From NCBI GenBank assembly GCA_963712115.1, contig CAVQGX010000022.1, forward strand, positions 63,153 through 127,152: 64,000 nucleotides of DNA, written 5' to 3'. Made by a program: the position numbers and the translations under genes. The notes beneath the pieces are model-generated. The model was not told the DNA's origin. It saw only the letters and a list, made by a program, of their open reading frames with translations, and made no database searches. Positions 31,407 through 41,363 of the stretch are shown here, one piece after another (the stretch's first letter is position 1; every line of letters begins with the position of its first letter). The DNA comes from an uncultured delta proteobacterium. Lineage in GTDB: Bacteria; Desulfobacterota; Syntrophobacteria; BM002.

Positions 31407-31791
31407 AGACAACATCGTGTCCTGCCTCTTGCAATTTCAATACAGCCCTCTTCAGATTGTCTGCCTTAACCAGTAAGTAGTCGGTATCGAAGGTAGATAA
31501 TGCAAAAACACTAATACCGACCTCAGTCAGAGAAGCGGTCAAGGAAGCCAAGATTCCAGTCAAGGAAAAGTCCAGGGGACCTACCACCATGATGCAGCGC
31601 CAGCCTTTCTCACACTTGACACCATCAGGCACAACTTCCTGAGAGCAGACAAGCGAGAGTTCTGCTTCTGTCCGGGTAATGGAGAAAAAGTCCCCTGCCA
31701 GGGCCCAGGGAGGAATATCTGCCGCAGGTCCAAGTCGACAAATAGAATAGTTATCCGGCAGCAATGAGAGAGTTAGGTTGGTGGGGTTCAT
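31402..31791 (-). CDS. ACT domain protein (ACT_7/CASTOR-like)
   Basis: SITRT..ELSLVC, GPLDFSLTGIL, STFDTDYLLV. Confidence 0.92.
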   Translation of the reverse strand: MNPTNLTLSLLPDNYSICRLGPAADIPPWALAGDFFSITRTEAELSLVCSQEVVPDGVKCEKGWRCIMVVGPLDFSLTGILASLTASLTEVGISVFALSTFDTDYLLVKADNLKRAVLKLQEAGHDVVY

Positions 31792-31902
31792 GGTTAATGT
31801 TTACCATTTACCTTTAAATCCACAAAACATTAATTTGATCATTAAAATATAGATTGGTAAGATCGAAGTGACTATAAATCCGAAATCCGCATTCCGCAAT
31901 TG

Positions 31903-31933
31903 CCCTTCGGGCGGGTTCCCGGTTTCGAAATGC
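31903..31933. repeat. 31-bp inverted copy of 31333-31363
   Basis: CCCTTCGGGCGGGTTCCCGGTTTCGAAATGC, one mismatch to its partner. Confidence 0.8.
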
Positions 31934-32047
31934 AAAATCGCTCTTTGTTCCATCTTTGAATAGGAGTTGGAAAGCATAATATCCTGTGCTAAGTTGAGTT
32001 TTGGGTCATTTGGAGATCAGCTTTCCTAGCGAAGATGAGGAGAAATT

Positions 32048-32494
32048 GTGATCACCATAGAGGAACTTAAAAGGTACGAAATTTTCGCCGAAATGGACCT
32101 TACGGAACTCAAGCTCCTTTCCGCCATGGCTGAGGAAAGGAATGCACGGGAGGGTGAGGAACTAATAAGAGCAGGATCCCCAGCCCGGACCCTATATATA
32201 CTCGAAAAAGGCGGTCTGATGGTCGTCTTTCCAGATGGCCGAGCCATCACTTTGCACAAGCCGGGGAGAGTGGTGGGCTGGTCAGCTTTGGTAAGTCCCA
32301 CTCATTATACGGCATCGGTCACATGCCTTACTGATGCTACCTTGATCGCCTTTCCCGGAAGCGAGCTGTTGCGGTTAGTCCAGAGGAACGTTTCATTTGG
32401 AACAAAGATAATGAGGAAAATTTCAGAAGTGCTGAGCAAGCGACTTCCCTTTTTGCAGGAAAAGGACAAGCGGGTGCTAAAACAAAGGAGTTGA
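32048..32494 (+). CDS. Cyclic-nucleotide-binding domain protein (no HTH)
   Basis: LYILEKG, PGRVVGWSALV..YTASV. Confidence 0.88.
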   Translation: MITIEELKRYEIFAEMDLTELKLLSAMAEERNAREGEELIRAGSPARTLYILEKGGLMVVFPDGRAITLHKPGRVVGWSALVSPTHYTASVTCLTDATLIAFPGSELLRLVQRNVSFGTKIMRKISEVLSKRLPFLQEKDKRVLKQRS

Positions 32495-32498
32495 ACCC

Positions 32499-32981
32499 AT
32501 GGGCGGGTTTTCTGCAATAAGCGCTGGCAATGGCTGGCTAATTTCTGCACTGGGAATTTCGGTGGTTTTTTTCGGGTTGGCCTCTTTGGCTCTTGTCATC
32601 ACCTATTTCCCCCGCGCAATCAGCTGGTGGAATGATCACTCTCATACCCCCAGGTATGTTTTCCCTCTACTCAGGAGTCTTTTCGGAAAGGGCAGGAGAA
32701 AGGTGCCGGTCCTTTTAGGTAACGGGGAAATCCAAGAGCCCGGAGACATCGATGACGCGGAAGAAGCCCTGAGGTTACTTACTTCTCATATGGGTGACCC
32801 ATTTAAGCTGCCACGGCTTATCGAGATGGCAGAACAGAGAGGCCTGTCAAGGGTTCACTCAACGATCAATCGCCTGATTGTGAGAGGCACCATGGTTGGT
32901 GGCACTGATGGCCTGTTCCGTTGGGCCAGGGGAAGTGAGAGGGAGGGTCCAGTAGAAAGTAAGTTTAAAGAGACCAAATGA
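32499..32981 (+). CDS. oadG: OadG-family (decarboxylase gamma subunit-like) protein with C-terminal extension
   Basis: LGISVVFFGLASL TM motif; adjacent to oadB. Confidence 0.7.
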   Translation: MGGFSAISAGNGWLISALGISVVFFGLASLALVITYFPRAISWWNDHSHTPRYVFPLLRSLFGKGRRKVPVLLGNGEIQEPGDIDDAEEALRLLTSHMGDPFKLPRLIEMAEQRGLSRVHSTINRLIVRGTMVGGTDGLFRWARGSEREGPVESKFKETK

Positions 32982-33014
32982 GGCCTTATCTGTCAACCAA
33001 ACAAGTACCGAGCT

Positions 33015-33130
33015 GGATTATTGGAGTTTCAACGATTGTTGATCTCAGATTTGAGATTTTAGATTGACACAATCTGCAGTCTACAATCTGCAATCTGAAA
33101 TGGCCATGGCTCCATCATTCCATTACTCCA
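33015..33130. repeat. ~108-bp dispersed repeat, copy 2 (inverted)
   Basis: Reverse complement of 9644-9751 with an extra 8-nt unit. Confidence 0.8.
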
Positions 33131-33176
33131 TTATTTCCCTTTATTGGTGCCACCAAGAACGTACAAGGAAATTTCT

Positions 33177-34301
33177 ATGGAGCTGCTAATTGAGTTATTG
33201 CAAAATACCGGTTTTGGGATGGCGGACTTTCGCCACTTCGTTATGATTGGGGTGGGGTTAATCTTCATTTATCTCGGTATTGCCAGACACTACGAACCCT
33301 TGCTTCTCGTTCCCATCGGCTTTGGCATCCTGGTTGGCAACATCCCGGTATTCAAGGGGTTAGGCTTGGGCATTTACGAGAAAGGCTCAGTGCTCAACTA
33401 TCTCTATTTTGGAGTGAGGCAGGGCATTTATCCGCCATTAATCTTTTTGGGCATTGGTGCCATGACAGACTTTTCCACCCTACTGGCCAGGCCCAAGCTC
33501 ATATTGCTGGGTGCCGCCGCCCAGTTAGGTGTGTTTATGACCTTTCTCGGGGCGCTGTTTCTAGGTTTCCTCCCGAAGGAGGCAGGTTCCATCGGAATAA
33601 TCGGCGGGGCTGACGGCCCTACCGCCATCTTCCTGTCGGCCAAGTTGGCCCCGCATCTGGTAGGACCCATAGCCATCGCGGCCTATTCGTATATGGCACT
33701 GGTGCCGGTCATCCAGCCGCCGATCATGAGGCTGCTCACCAGCCGGCAAGAACGTCTGATCAGAATGAGTGATCCCAGGGAAGTGAGCTCGCAGGAGAAA
33801 ATTTTATTTCCAATAGTTGGCTTTCTACTGTGCTGCTTCTTGGCACCGGCGGCCCTACCATTGCTGGCCATGCTTTTTTTCGGTAATCTGTTGAAGGAAT
33901 GTCTGGTTACTGACCGTCTAGCTAAAACTGCTCGTACCGCCGTGGTTGATACAGTAACCATTGTCCTTGGTCTAACCGTGGGCGCCAGTACCCAGGCTGA
34001 CGTATTTCTCACTGGGAAGTCCATTGGAATTTTCATTCTAGGTGCTTGCTCCTTCATGGTGGCTACGGCGGGAGGCGTACTTTTTGCCAAAGTGATGAAC
34101 CTCTTTAGCCATGACAAGATTAACCCCCTCCTAGGCGCTGCCGGGGTGTCGGCGGTGCCGGATTCTGCCCGAGTGGTGCAGATGGTAGGCAACAGGGAGG
34201 ATCCTGGTAACTACCTGCTAATGCATGCCATGGCACCGAATGTGGCGGGGGTGATCGGTTCGGCCATTGCGGCTGGGGTGCTCTGGAGCTTCCTTGGCTG
34301 A
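33177..34301 (+). CDS. oadB: Sodium-translocating decarboxylase beta subunit
   Basis: EPLLLVPIGFG, IGIIGGADGPTAI, AAYSYMAL, GVSAVP, HAMAPNVAGVIGSA. Confidence 0.95.
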   Translation: MELLIELLQNTGFGMADFRHFVMIGVGLIFIYLGIARHYEPLLLVPIGFGILVGNIPVFKGLGLGIYEKGSVLNYLYFGVRQGIYPPLIFLGIGAMTDFSTLLARPKLILLGAAAQLGVFMTFLGALFLGFLPKEAGSIGIIGGADGPTAIFLSAKLAPHLVGPIAIAAYSYMALVPVIQPPIMRLLTSRQERLIRMSDPREVSSQEKILFPIVGFLLCCFLAPAALPLLAMLFFGNLLKECLVTDRLAKTARTAVVDTVTIVLGLTVGASTQADVFLTGKSIGIFILGACSFMVATAGGVLFAKVMNLFSHDKINPLLGAAGVSAVPDSARVVQMVGNREDPGNYLLMHAMAPNVAGVIGSAIAAGVLWSFLG

Positions 34302-34779
34302 TAGATTAAGAAGACATCCTTGGAAAGTTACCTCAGTTGGTGACGAGGCCGATTCTATCTGCCCCCGTTGCAAAGAGGAGACTATCCATCGCGTGGTCGC
34401 CATGGTGGAGAAGAAGATCCACCTGGTAATCTGTACCCGTTGCAACAGTCAACATCGATACCGCCCCTCGCTGACCGCCATGAGGAAGAAAACGCCCCTA
34501 CCGTCCAAGCGTCAGGCAAGGCTGTTAAAAAAGCTGGAAAAAACCAAAACCCCGCAGCCGCAAGCACCCCTTGGACAGTGGCAGAAATTAAAAGAAATTT
34601 ATGCTGAGATGCAACCATTGGATTACGATCCCAGTGAGGAATACAGGGAAAATCAGGCCGTTGCCCATCCGACCTTTGGGCTCGGTTTTGTTCGCAGGGT
34701 TGTTGATGCTTCCAAAATTGAGGTTGTCTTCGAACGGGAAGTGAAGATCCTGGTGATGAAGCGCCCCAAGAGAAACTAG
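34294..34779 (+). CDS. Zinc-ribbon hypothetical protein
   Basis: CPRCK...H...CTRCNSQH and HPTFGLGFV motifs; TTG start with GGAG overlaps the oadB stop. Confidence 0.8.
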   Translation: MADRLRRHPWKVTSVGDEADSICPRCKEETIHRVVAMVEKKIHLVICTRCNSQHRYRPSLTAMRKKTPLPSKRQARLLKKLEKTKTPQPQAPLGQWQKLKEIYAEMQPLDYDPSEEYRENQAVAHPTFGLGFVRRVVDASKIEVVFEREVKILVMKRPKRN

Positions 34780-34836
34780 GGACTAGGCACTATGCACTAA
34801 GCACCGAACCATTTATTTAGTGCCTAGTGCCTAGTT
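34774..34836. repeat. Mirror 7-nt repeats starting at the upstream stop codon
   Basis: ctaggga ctaggca ctatgca ctaagca ... tagtgcc tagtgcc tag. Confidence 0.7.
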
Positions 34837-34921
34837 AAACCGGCTGTTTTCAGTCCGCTGACCTCTAATCCTCGTCTCGCCGTTTCTCCGTGTCCCCGCG
34901 TCATACTCCTGTGCCTACTCC

Positions 34922-37216
34922 TTAGTGCCTAGTTGTACTCTCTGCTGGCCAAGAGATGAAGAAGGGCATGACTGCCGTCAGATTTAGCAGAGCAAGAATG
35001 AAGAGGGCCTGCAAAATTCCCACCGAAGGAATTAAAACCAGTCCCACCAAGAGACACCCCAGAAAAGATCCCAAGAGGTCTACACCATAGATCAAACCTG
35101 CGACCGGGCCAACTCGGGTTTGCCCTTTTAACAGCAACCGATTGGCCAGGGGAAAATGGGTCCCTCCGATAAAGCCGGCAAGCAGACTCAAAAAAGAAAA
35201 AGCTTCTCTATAGAAGAAATTGTGATAGCCCAAGGTCGGACTATTGTGGAAGTAAATGACCACAAGGGCCAAAGCTAGGCAAAAACAGGCCAGGACGATC
35301 TGAAAAGTAATGAGGGTCTTGAGTTCACTCGCCCTGTTCTTTGGATAATAAGAAAAAATGAAACTTCCCCCAGCAAGCCCTACCATAAAGAGCGCCAAAA
35401 GCAGACCTATCTTATAGTAGAGATAGCCGAAGAATACCTGAAACGCAAAGACGATGAGAATTTCAAGGGAGATTCCGGTGAGGCCGAACGTGGCAACTCC
35501 GTAGAGCACCCTAATCGTAAGAGACTGTGAGAACTGGGAGGTGAAACGCTGCCTGAAACTCAGGAGAATAACAACGGCGAGGAGGAGCGAAATGGTGATC
35601 CAAATAGTGCGCTTACTGAGAAAGGCGAAGATTGTGCCTATGGCCTGATAATAGTGAGAGCTCAACATGAGGAGGTTATATGCATAGGCTTTGAGATTCA
35701 GATCGCTATTGACCCCTACTTCAGCCGCCTGATCAACCATGGCCATAAATGTTTCTTGCCGGAGGGGCGAAAGATCCCAAAGTATGTAGTGGTCCTGCAC
35801 ATAAAATAACCGCAACCGCCGCTGCTGAATTCTTTCCACTAGGGTTTCCGCTTTGCTGGTGAGAGTTCCACGGGAGTTTGAACAAAAAAAGCGGGCAGTT
35901 TGCCCCGGAAAAATTACCACTTCAGGAAAGACACTCAGGGCGGTTCGGTGGAGCAGCTTCAAGTATTTTGCTCGGTTGGGACCAAGGGCAGTTTCGGAAG
36001 CGGTGGCAGTGAAGAAAAATACTCCCCCGTGGCGCATCCTGCTGGCAGCCAGACGGAAAAACTCTTCGGTGTAGAAACGATTTATCTGCGCGGTAAATGG
36101 TTCAGGAAGGTTGATTAGAATGACGTCGTAAAGCTTCGAGGTATGGGCCAGATATCGTCGGCCGTCTTCGTTGTGGACTACTACCCGTGGATTCTGCAAA
36201 GCAGCAGTGACCTGCTCCGGAAGATAAGTCTTTCCCAGTTCAATTAGCCTGGGGTCCAATTCTACATAATCTACTTGGCGAACACTTGGGTGCTGGAGTA
36301 ATTGGCCTAAAGATTCAGAGACCCCCCCTCCTATGAGAAGAATCGACTTGGGTTCAGGGTGCTGAAGGATGGCGTAATGCACCGCCTCTTCGGCGCTCAA
36401 CTGATCGGGCACTGCAAAGTTCCACAGACCAGTCTCAAAAAAGGAGAGCTGGTTTTCTTTCTCCACCACGGCTATGTGGCCAAAAATAGTCTCCTCTGAG
36501 GTAATAAGGTGGAAACCAGACCACTGCCACTGACGGCTGATTTTATCCAGGTTTGTGTTTTGCTGTTGAACAATAAGAAGAGCCAAGAAAGAGATGATAA
36601 AGACTGGATAGTGAAGCCAGGGGCGACGGCTACTCCGCAGGGTTATAACAAAGCCTGAAATACAGAGGAAGAGAGAAATTGCAGCGCAGATCTGTATGGC
36701 ATTGAAATGATGAATGAGTAAGAGGGTGTAAAGTAGACCGCCAATGCCGGCCCCAAGACCCTCAAGAAAGTAAACTAAACCGGGGGATCTTGTCCAATGA
36801 GGAATTAGAGCGGCCAAAAGTGAGCAGGCCAGGCTGAACAAAGAGCCAGAGATCAGACAGAAAGGGGCGAGAAAGAGAAAAGAAATGGCAAGCATCTGGA
36901 CCAAGGTGACCAGTTCGCCGGCGCCGACCTGGAACAAGAGACGGGCGAGCCGGATAAAAAAAATAGTTGCGATGAGTGCAAGACCGCCACAGCTCTGGAG
37001 GTAGCCAAAGAAGGATTGCGTCGCCACTCTATATTGGGAGATTTTCCCACCAAGCAAACCACCAAGAGCTGTCCAAAAAAGCCAGGCGGCGAGAACAACG
37101 GCCACTGCAAGTTCGCTGCCGGAGAATACGGTTAACAATTCCCGCAGGACGAGAATCTGGCCAACTGTGGCCGCAAAACCAATGAGAACGAAAGCTATTA
37201 GCAGAGTAGGCTTCAT
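34922..37216 (-). CDS. Membrane-fused spermidine synthase-like protein
   Basis: TM bundles flanking LLIGGG, VELDP, EDGR, NRFYTEEFF. Confidence 0.88.
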   Translation of the reverse strand: MKPTLLIAFVLIGFAATVGQILVLRELLTVFSGSELAVAVVLAAWLFWTALGGLLGGKISQYRVATQSFFGYLQSCGGLALIATIFFIRLARLLFQVGAGELVTLVQMLAISFLFLAPFCLISGSLFSLACSLLAALIPHWTRSPGLVYFLEGLGAGIGGLLYTLLLIHHFNAIQICAAISLFLCISGFVITLRSSRRPWLHYPVFIISFLALLIVQQQNTNLDKISRQWQWSGFHLITSEETIFGHIAVVEKENQLSFFETGLWNFAVPDQLSAEEAVHYAILQHPEPKSILLIGGGVSESLGQLLQHPSVRQVDYVELDPRLIELGKTYLPEQVTAALQNPRVVVHNEDGRRYLAHTSKLYDVILINLPEPFTAQINRFYTEEFFRLAASRMRHGGVFFFTATASETALGPNRAKYLKLLHRTALSVFPEVVIFPGQTARFFCSNSRGTLTSKAETLVERIQQRRLRLFYVQDHYILWDLSPLRQETFMAMVDQAAEVGVNSDLNLKAYAYNLLMLSSHYYQAIGTIFAFLSKRTIWITISLLLAVVILLSFRQRFTSQFSQSLTIRVLYGVATFGLTGISLEILIVFAFQVFFGYLYYKIGLLLALFMVGLAGGSFIFSYYPKNRASELKTLITFQIVLACFCLALALVVIYFHNSPTLGYHNFFYREAFSFLSLLAGFIGGTHFPLANRLLLKGQTRVGPVAGLIYGVDLLGSFLGCLLVGLVLIPSVGILQALFILALLNLTAVMPFFISWPAESTTRH

Positions 37217-37385
37217 GGTTTCATGAATACACTATTTCTCAGGCCCATTCCAGATGGATTTTAGATTTGAGATTGATGGAATTCTGCAATCTGCAATCAC
37301 AAATCTAAAATTGGCGACTCCGTAGCTTCAACACATTGGATTCAAGATCAAAGAGCAAAAGGAGTCAAAGGGACTGACTTTCCTC

Positions 37386-37432
37386 TTGACAAAACTGTGG
37401 CCCCTGGATACTATCGCAAATTATTCGCAATA
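37386..37432 (+). promoter_or_regulatory. Sigma70 promoter with overlapping Fur-box-like palindrome
   Basis: TTGACA-N17-TACTAT (37386-37414); imperfect palindrome TATCGCAAAT-T-ATTCGCAATA at 37412-37432. Confidence 0.7.
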
Positions 37433-37441
37433 AGGATATCT

Positions 37442-37876
37442 ATGAAAAGTGAGATCGACGTCTTTAGAGAATTCATTCGCAACAAAGGCCTGCGAAATAC
37501 GGTTGAGCGGGAACAGGTGGTCGAGGCTGTATTTTCGATACATGATCACTTTGACGTAGAAGAGCTTTATTTGTTGCTCCGGAGCCAGAATGAGAAGATC
37601 TCTAAGGCCACGGTCTACCGGACCATCCCCCTATTACTCGAGAGTGGTCTCATCCAAGAGGCATATTTTGAAGACGGTCATCTCCATTATGAACACATTT
37701 ATGGACATGACCACCACTGCCACCTTCGCTGCATGGATTGCGGCAAGGTGGTGGAGTTCACCGAAGAAGCTGTAAAGGAGGTTGAGCGGAAGGTTGGCGA
37801 GCACTACGAATTCATAGTAACTGGGCACAAAATGGAAGTGTACGGTTATTGTGCAAAATGTAAGGTTCATCAGTGA
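37442..37876 (+). CDS. fur: Fur-family transcriptional regulator
   Basis: SKATVYRT, HHCHLRCMDCG, YGYCAKC. Confidence 0.9.
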   Translation: MKSEIDVFREFIRNKGLRNTVEREQVVEAVFSIHDHFDVEELYLLLRSQNEKISKATVYRTIPLLLESGLIQEAYFEDGHLHYEHIYGHDHHCHLRCMDCGKVVEFTEEAVKEVERKVGEHYEFIVTGHKMEVYGYCAKCKVHQ

Positions 37877-37904
37877 TTTGACTCTCAGAGAGGCAAGAAA
37901 GCCT

Positions 37905-38603
37905 ATGGAAAGGCTGCATCAATACGAAAAAGAAGAATTTATTCATATCTGTAAAGAGCACGGACTAAACTACAGTGATAAGAGGTTGTTGGTGCTTGAG
38001 GAATTTTTAGGGACAATTGAGCATCTCACAATTGGGTCCCTCCAAGAGAAGCTTGAGACTAAAGGCCATCGATTGGACAGTGATTTTATTGGTGAAACCT
38101 TAGATCTCCTTTACAGGTATGGTTATGCTTACAAGAAGGAATTCGAAGGCCAGGCAGTCCAATACGAGCATAGACATGTAGGTTGGCATCATGACCATCT
38201 AATTTGTGCCGAGTGCGGCAAAATTCAAGAGTTTCACGATTCCGAAATTGAGGCATTGCAAAGACACATCGCGGTGAAAAGGGATTTCACCTTGCTCCAC
38301 CACAAGATGGAGCTTTACGGCATCTGCGGAGATTGCCGAAAACAAAGGCGGCCCGTTATGCCATTGTCCTTTGTGCTTCCGGGCGAAAAAGTTGTCATAG
38401 ATAGATTAGTGGGCGGCAGCAAGATGCAGCAAAGGCTGGCTGACATGGGACTTACGCCCGGGACAGCTATAGAGGTTATAAAGTCTAGCGGCCCCGGCCC
38501 GTTAATTGTCGCCTTCCGGGGCAGCAGAATCGCGCTGGGGCGCGGCCTTAGCAATAAAGTGCTAGTCTCGGAGAATAGCGGTCCTACCAGTGAAACTGAC
38601 TGA
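37905..38603 (+). CDS. Fur-like domain fused to FeoA
   Basis: HHDHLICAECG...YGICGDC followed by RLADMGLTPG...GSRIALGRG. Confidence 0.88.
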   Translation: MERLHQYEKEEFIHICKEHGLNYSDKRLLVLEEFLGTIEHLTIGSLQEKLETKGHRLDSDFIGETLDLLYRYGYAYKKEFEGQAVQYEHRHVGWHHDHLICAECGKIQEFHDSEIEALQRHIAVKRDFTLLHHKMELYGICGDCRKQRRPVMPLSFVLPGEKVVIDRLVGGSKMQQRLADMGLTPGTAIEVIKSSGPGPLIVAFRGSRIALGRGLSNKVLVSENSGPTSETD

Positions 38604-38705
38604 GGAGTTCAACTCAGACCGGTTCCCAGTTGGAATTTTTCTATTTTGCCAAAAATGATGGGAGTTCGGCAGAAGACCTTACTCGCCAACTCCGGAGAAA
38701 TGTTG

Positions 38706-38942
38706 ATGATTCCCTTGAGCGAGTTCAAAGAGGGCGAACGAGGCCTGATTGCCAGGTTGAACGGTAAGGGTAGGTTCCGCAAGCGACTTCAGGAGATGGG
38801 TTTTATTAAAGGGGCGGAAGTGTTGGTAGAAAAATATGCCCCACTGCGAGATCCCATAGAACTGGTATTGAAAGGTTACCACGTTTCCTTGCGGGTCGAG
38901 GAAGCGGCCCAGATAATGATGGAAAAACTGGAGAATAGGTGA
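38706..38942 (+). CDS. feoA: Ferrous iron transport protein A
   Basis: RLQEMGF, APLRDPIE..LKGYHVSLR..EA; start uncertain (38655-38706). Confidence 0.9.
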   Translation: MIPLSEFKEGERGLIARLNGKGRFRKRLQEMGFIKGAEVLVEKYAPLRDPIELVLKGYHVSLRVEEAAQIMMEKLENR

Positions 38943-41125
38943 AGCAAGAAAATATTACCATTGCCCTGACCGGGAATCCGAACTCCGGAAAGACCACCAT
39001 ATTCAATAATCTCACCGGTACACGTCAGCATGTTGGAAATTGGCCCGGGGTTACTGTGGAGAAAAAGGTAGGGACCGTAGTTCATAACGGCTGTCGGTTG
39101 CGAGTGGTTGACCTCCCGGGTACTTACAGTCTAACCGCCTATTCCATCGAAGAAATAGTTGCCCGCCGCTTTCTGGTGGATGAAAAGCCAGATGTGGTGG
39201 TTGATATTGTCGATGCGTCCAACTTAGAGCGAAACCTCTATCTTGCCACCCAGCTAATAGAAATGGGGGTAAAACTAATCCTGGTACTCAACATGGCCGA
39301 CGTGGCGCAGTCCCGAGGTCACCAGATCGACGCTGGCAGCCTGGGCAAATTATTAGGCGTGCCAGTGGTTTTCACTGTTGGTACCAAAAATGAGGGAACA
39401 AAGGACTTATTGGACAGAGTTGTAGAGGTGGTTGAGGATCGGGATACGGTGAGTCGGCACATCCACATTTCCTACGGCCATGATATGGAAAAGGAGATCA
39501 AGAATATCCAGGACGTTATCTGGCAGGATCCCTCGATAGGTGAGCGTTTTTCAACCCGCTGGCTAGCGGTGAAGTTGTTGGAAAATGACCCGGCCGTTCA
39601 CGACAGGGCCAATTCTTTTGGAGAAATAGGCAAGCAGATCCTGGCCCAAGCGGAGGCGAGCCGTGAGCGGCTAACTGAGATCTATCAAGACGACCCCGAG
39701 ATGATACTTACCGATCAGCGCTATGGTTTTATCAATGGTGCTCTCAAGGAAGTTCTCAAGGTCACCGGAAAACCCAAGATTGATCTGTCCAGACAAGTTG
39801 ATCTGATACTGACCAACAGAGTTCTGGGCTTTCCCATATTCATCTTTTTTGTCTGGGCGATGTTTCAGGCGACCTTCACCCTAGGCGCCTACCCCATGGA
39901 GTGGATTGATGCGGGGGTGAGCTGGCTAGGGGCTGTAATGACCGGCCTGATGCCACCGGGATTGGTGCGAGATCTCTTAATTGATGGGGTAATCGCCGGG
40001 GTGGGGAGTGTGGTCATCTTCTTGCCCAACATTATGCTGCTCTTTTTTTGTATCGCCTTGTTCGAGGATACGGGCTACTTGGCCCGGGCAGCCTTCATTA
40101 TGGACAGGGTAATGCACATAATTGGCCTGCATGGCAAATCTTTCATCCCTTTGCTTATGGGTTTTGGTTGCAACGCTCCGGCAATTATGGCGGCGCGCAC
40201 TCTGGAGAGCCAGCGTGACCGCATTCTCACCATCTTGATCAACCCACTGATGAGCTGCTCAGCTCGTTTACCCGTATATGTGCTTCTCGCCGGAACATTC
40301 TTCGGCGCCAGTGCAGGCAATGTCATTTTTAGTATTTATGCACTTGGAATTGCCCTGGCAATCACAATGGGCAAATTGTTCCGAGTGACCCTCTTTAGGG
40401 GGGAAACTGCTCCTTTCGTCATGGAGCTTCCTCCATACCGGGTGCCAACACTGAAGAGCCTTTTAATTCACATGTGGGACCGGAGTAAAATTTTTCTGAG
40501 GAAAATGGGCGGGGTAATTCTGGTGGGCTCCGTTCTCATCTGGTTTCTAGGAGCTTTTCCCAGACACCATGAACTTCCTGCAAATTATACAGGGGATAAA
40601 GAGACCGCCAGCAACGTCCTGGCCAAAGAGGTGACCTCAAAAAGTTCGGAGCAGATGGCCGGATCGCAAGAGGTAAAGGCAGCACAAAAAGGCGAAGGTC
40701 AAGCGGAGGCTTTGGCCAGACTAAGCCAAAGCTACCTTGGCCGTTTGGGTCAGGTAATTCAACCGGTATTTGGCCCCCTTGGTTTTGACTGGCGCACCAG
40801 TGTGGCCGTGGTAACGGGTTTTGTGGCAAAAGAGATTGTGGTAAGCACCCTTGGGGTATTGTATGCCGCCGGAGCGGACGTCAATGAAGAGAGCGAAGCC
40901 TTGCGCCGTTCCTTGCGCGGTTCGGGCATGACCCCACTAGGCGCATACACCTTAATGGCTTTCGTGCTCATCTACGTTCCCTGTTTGGCTACCGTGGCAG
41001 TTATCTCGAGGGAGACGAATTCCTGGAAGTGGGCTGCCTTCAGCATTGCATACTCATTGGTCTTGGCATGGGTGGTGTCGTTTTTAATATATCAGGGGGG
41101 CAGACTACTTGGACTTGGAGCATAA
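38939..41125 (+). CDS. feoB: Ferrous iron transport protein B
   Basis: GNPNSGKTT, VGNWPGVTVE, DLPGTYS, GFGCN, CSARLP, YVPC. Confidence 0.97.
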   Translation: MKQENITIALTGNPNSGKTTIFNNLTGTRQHVGNWPGVTVEKKVGTVVHNGCRLRVVDLPGTYSLTAYSIEEIVARRFLVDEKPDVVVDIVDASNLERNLYLATQLIEMGVKLILVLNMADVAQSRGHQIDAGSLGKLLGVPVVFTVGTKNEGTKDLLDRVVEVVEDRDTVSRHIHISYGHDMEKEIKNIQDVIWQDPSIGERFSTRWLAVKLLENDPAVHDRANSFGEIGKQILAQAEASRERLTEIYQDDPEMILTDQRYGFINGALKEVLKVTGKPKIDLSRQVDLILTNRVLGFPIFIFFVWAMFQATFTLGAYPMEWIDAGVSWLGAVMTGLMPPGLVRDLLIDGVIAGVGSVVIFLPNIMLLFFCIALFEDTGYLARAAFIMDRVMHIIGLHGKSFIPLLMGFGCNAPAIMAARTLESQRDRILTILINPLMSCSARLPVYVLLAGTFFGASAGNVIFSIYALGIALAITMGKLFRVTLFRGETAPFVMELPPYRVPTLKSLLIHMWDRSKIFLRKMGGVILVGSVLIWFLGAFPRHHELPANYTGDKETASNVLAKEVTSKSSEQMAGSQEVKAAQKGEGQAEALARLSQSYLGRLGQVIQPVFGPLGFDWRTSVAVVTGFVAKEIVVSTLGVLYAAGADVNEESEALRRSLRGSGMTPLGAYTLMAFVLIYVPCLATVAVISRETNSWKWAAFSIAYSLVLAWVVSFLIYQGGRLLGLGA

Positions 41126-41335
41126 CAAGCATGGAGCACGAGAGATTGAGGATTTTAGATTGTAGATTTAAGATTGAAGAGAGGCGAAAGGCGCAAGGCT
41201 CAAGGCAAAAGGTTAGTAGCCGGTATCCAGTAAGTGAAAAAACTCTATTTTGATTGATTTCTCCTGAATTCTGGATTCTGACTCCTTGCTTTTAAATCCG
41301 CAATCCGAAATCCGAAATCCGCAATCCGAAATCAT
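41126..41335. repeat. Cluster of several 7-nt-periodic repeat families
   Basis: gattttagattgtagatt, aggcgca aggctca aggc, ttctgga ttctgac, aatccgc aatccga. Confidence 0.6.
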
Positions 41336-41363
41336 CTGGCACCTGGCTCCTTTATTCTTAGAT

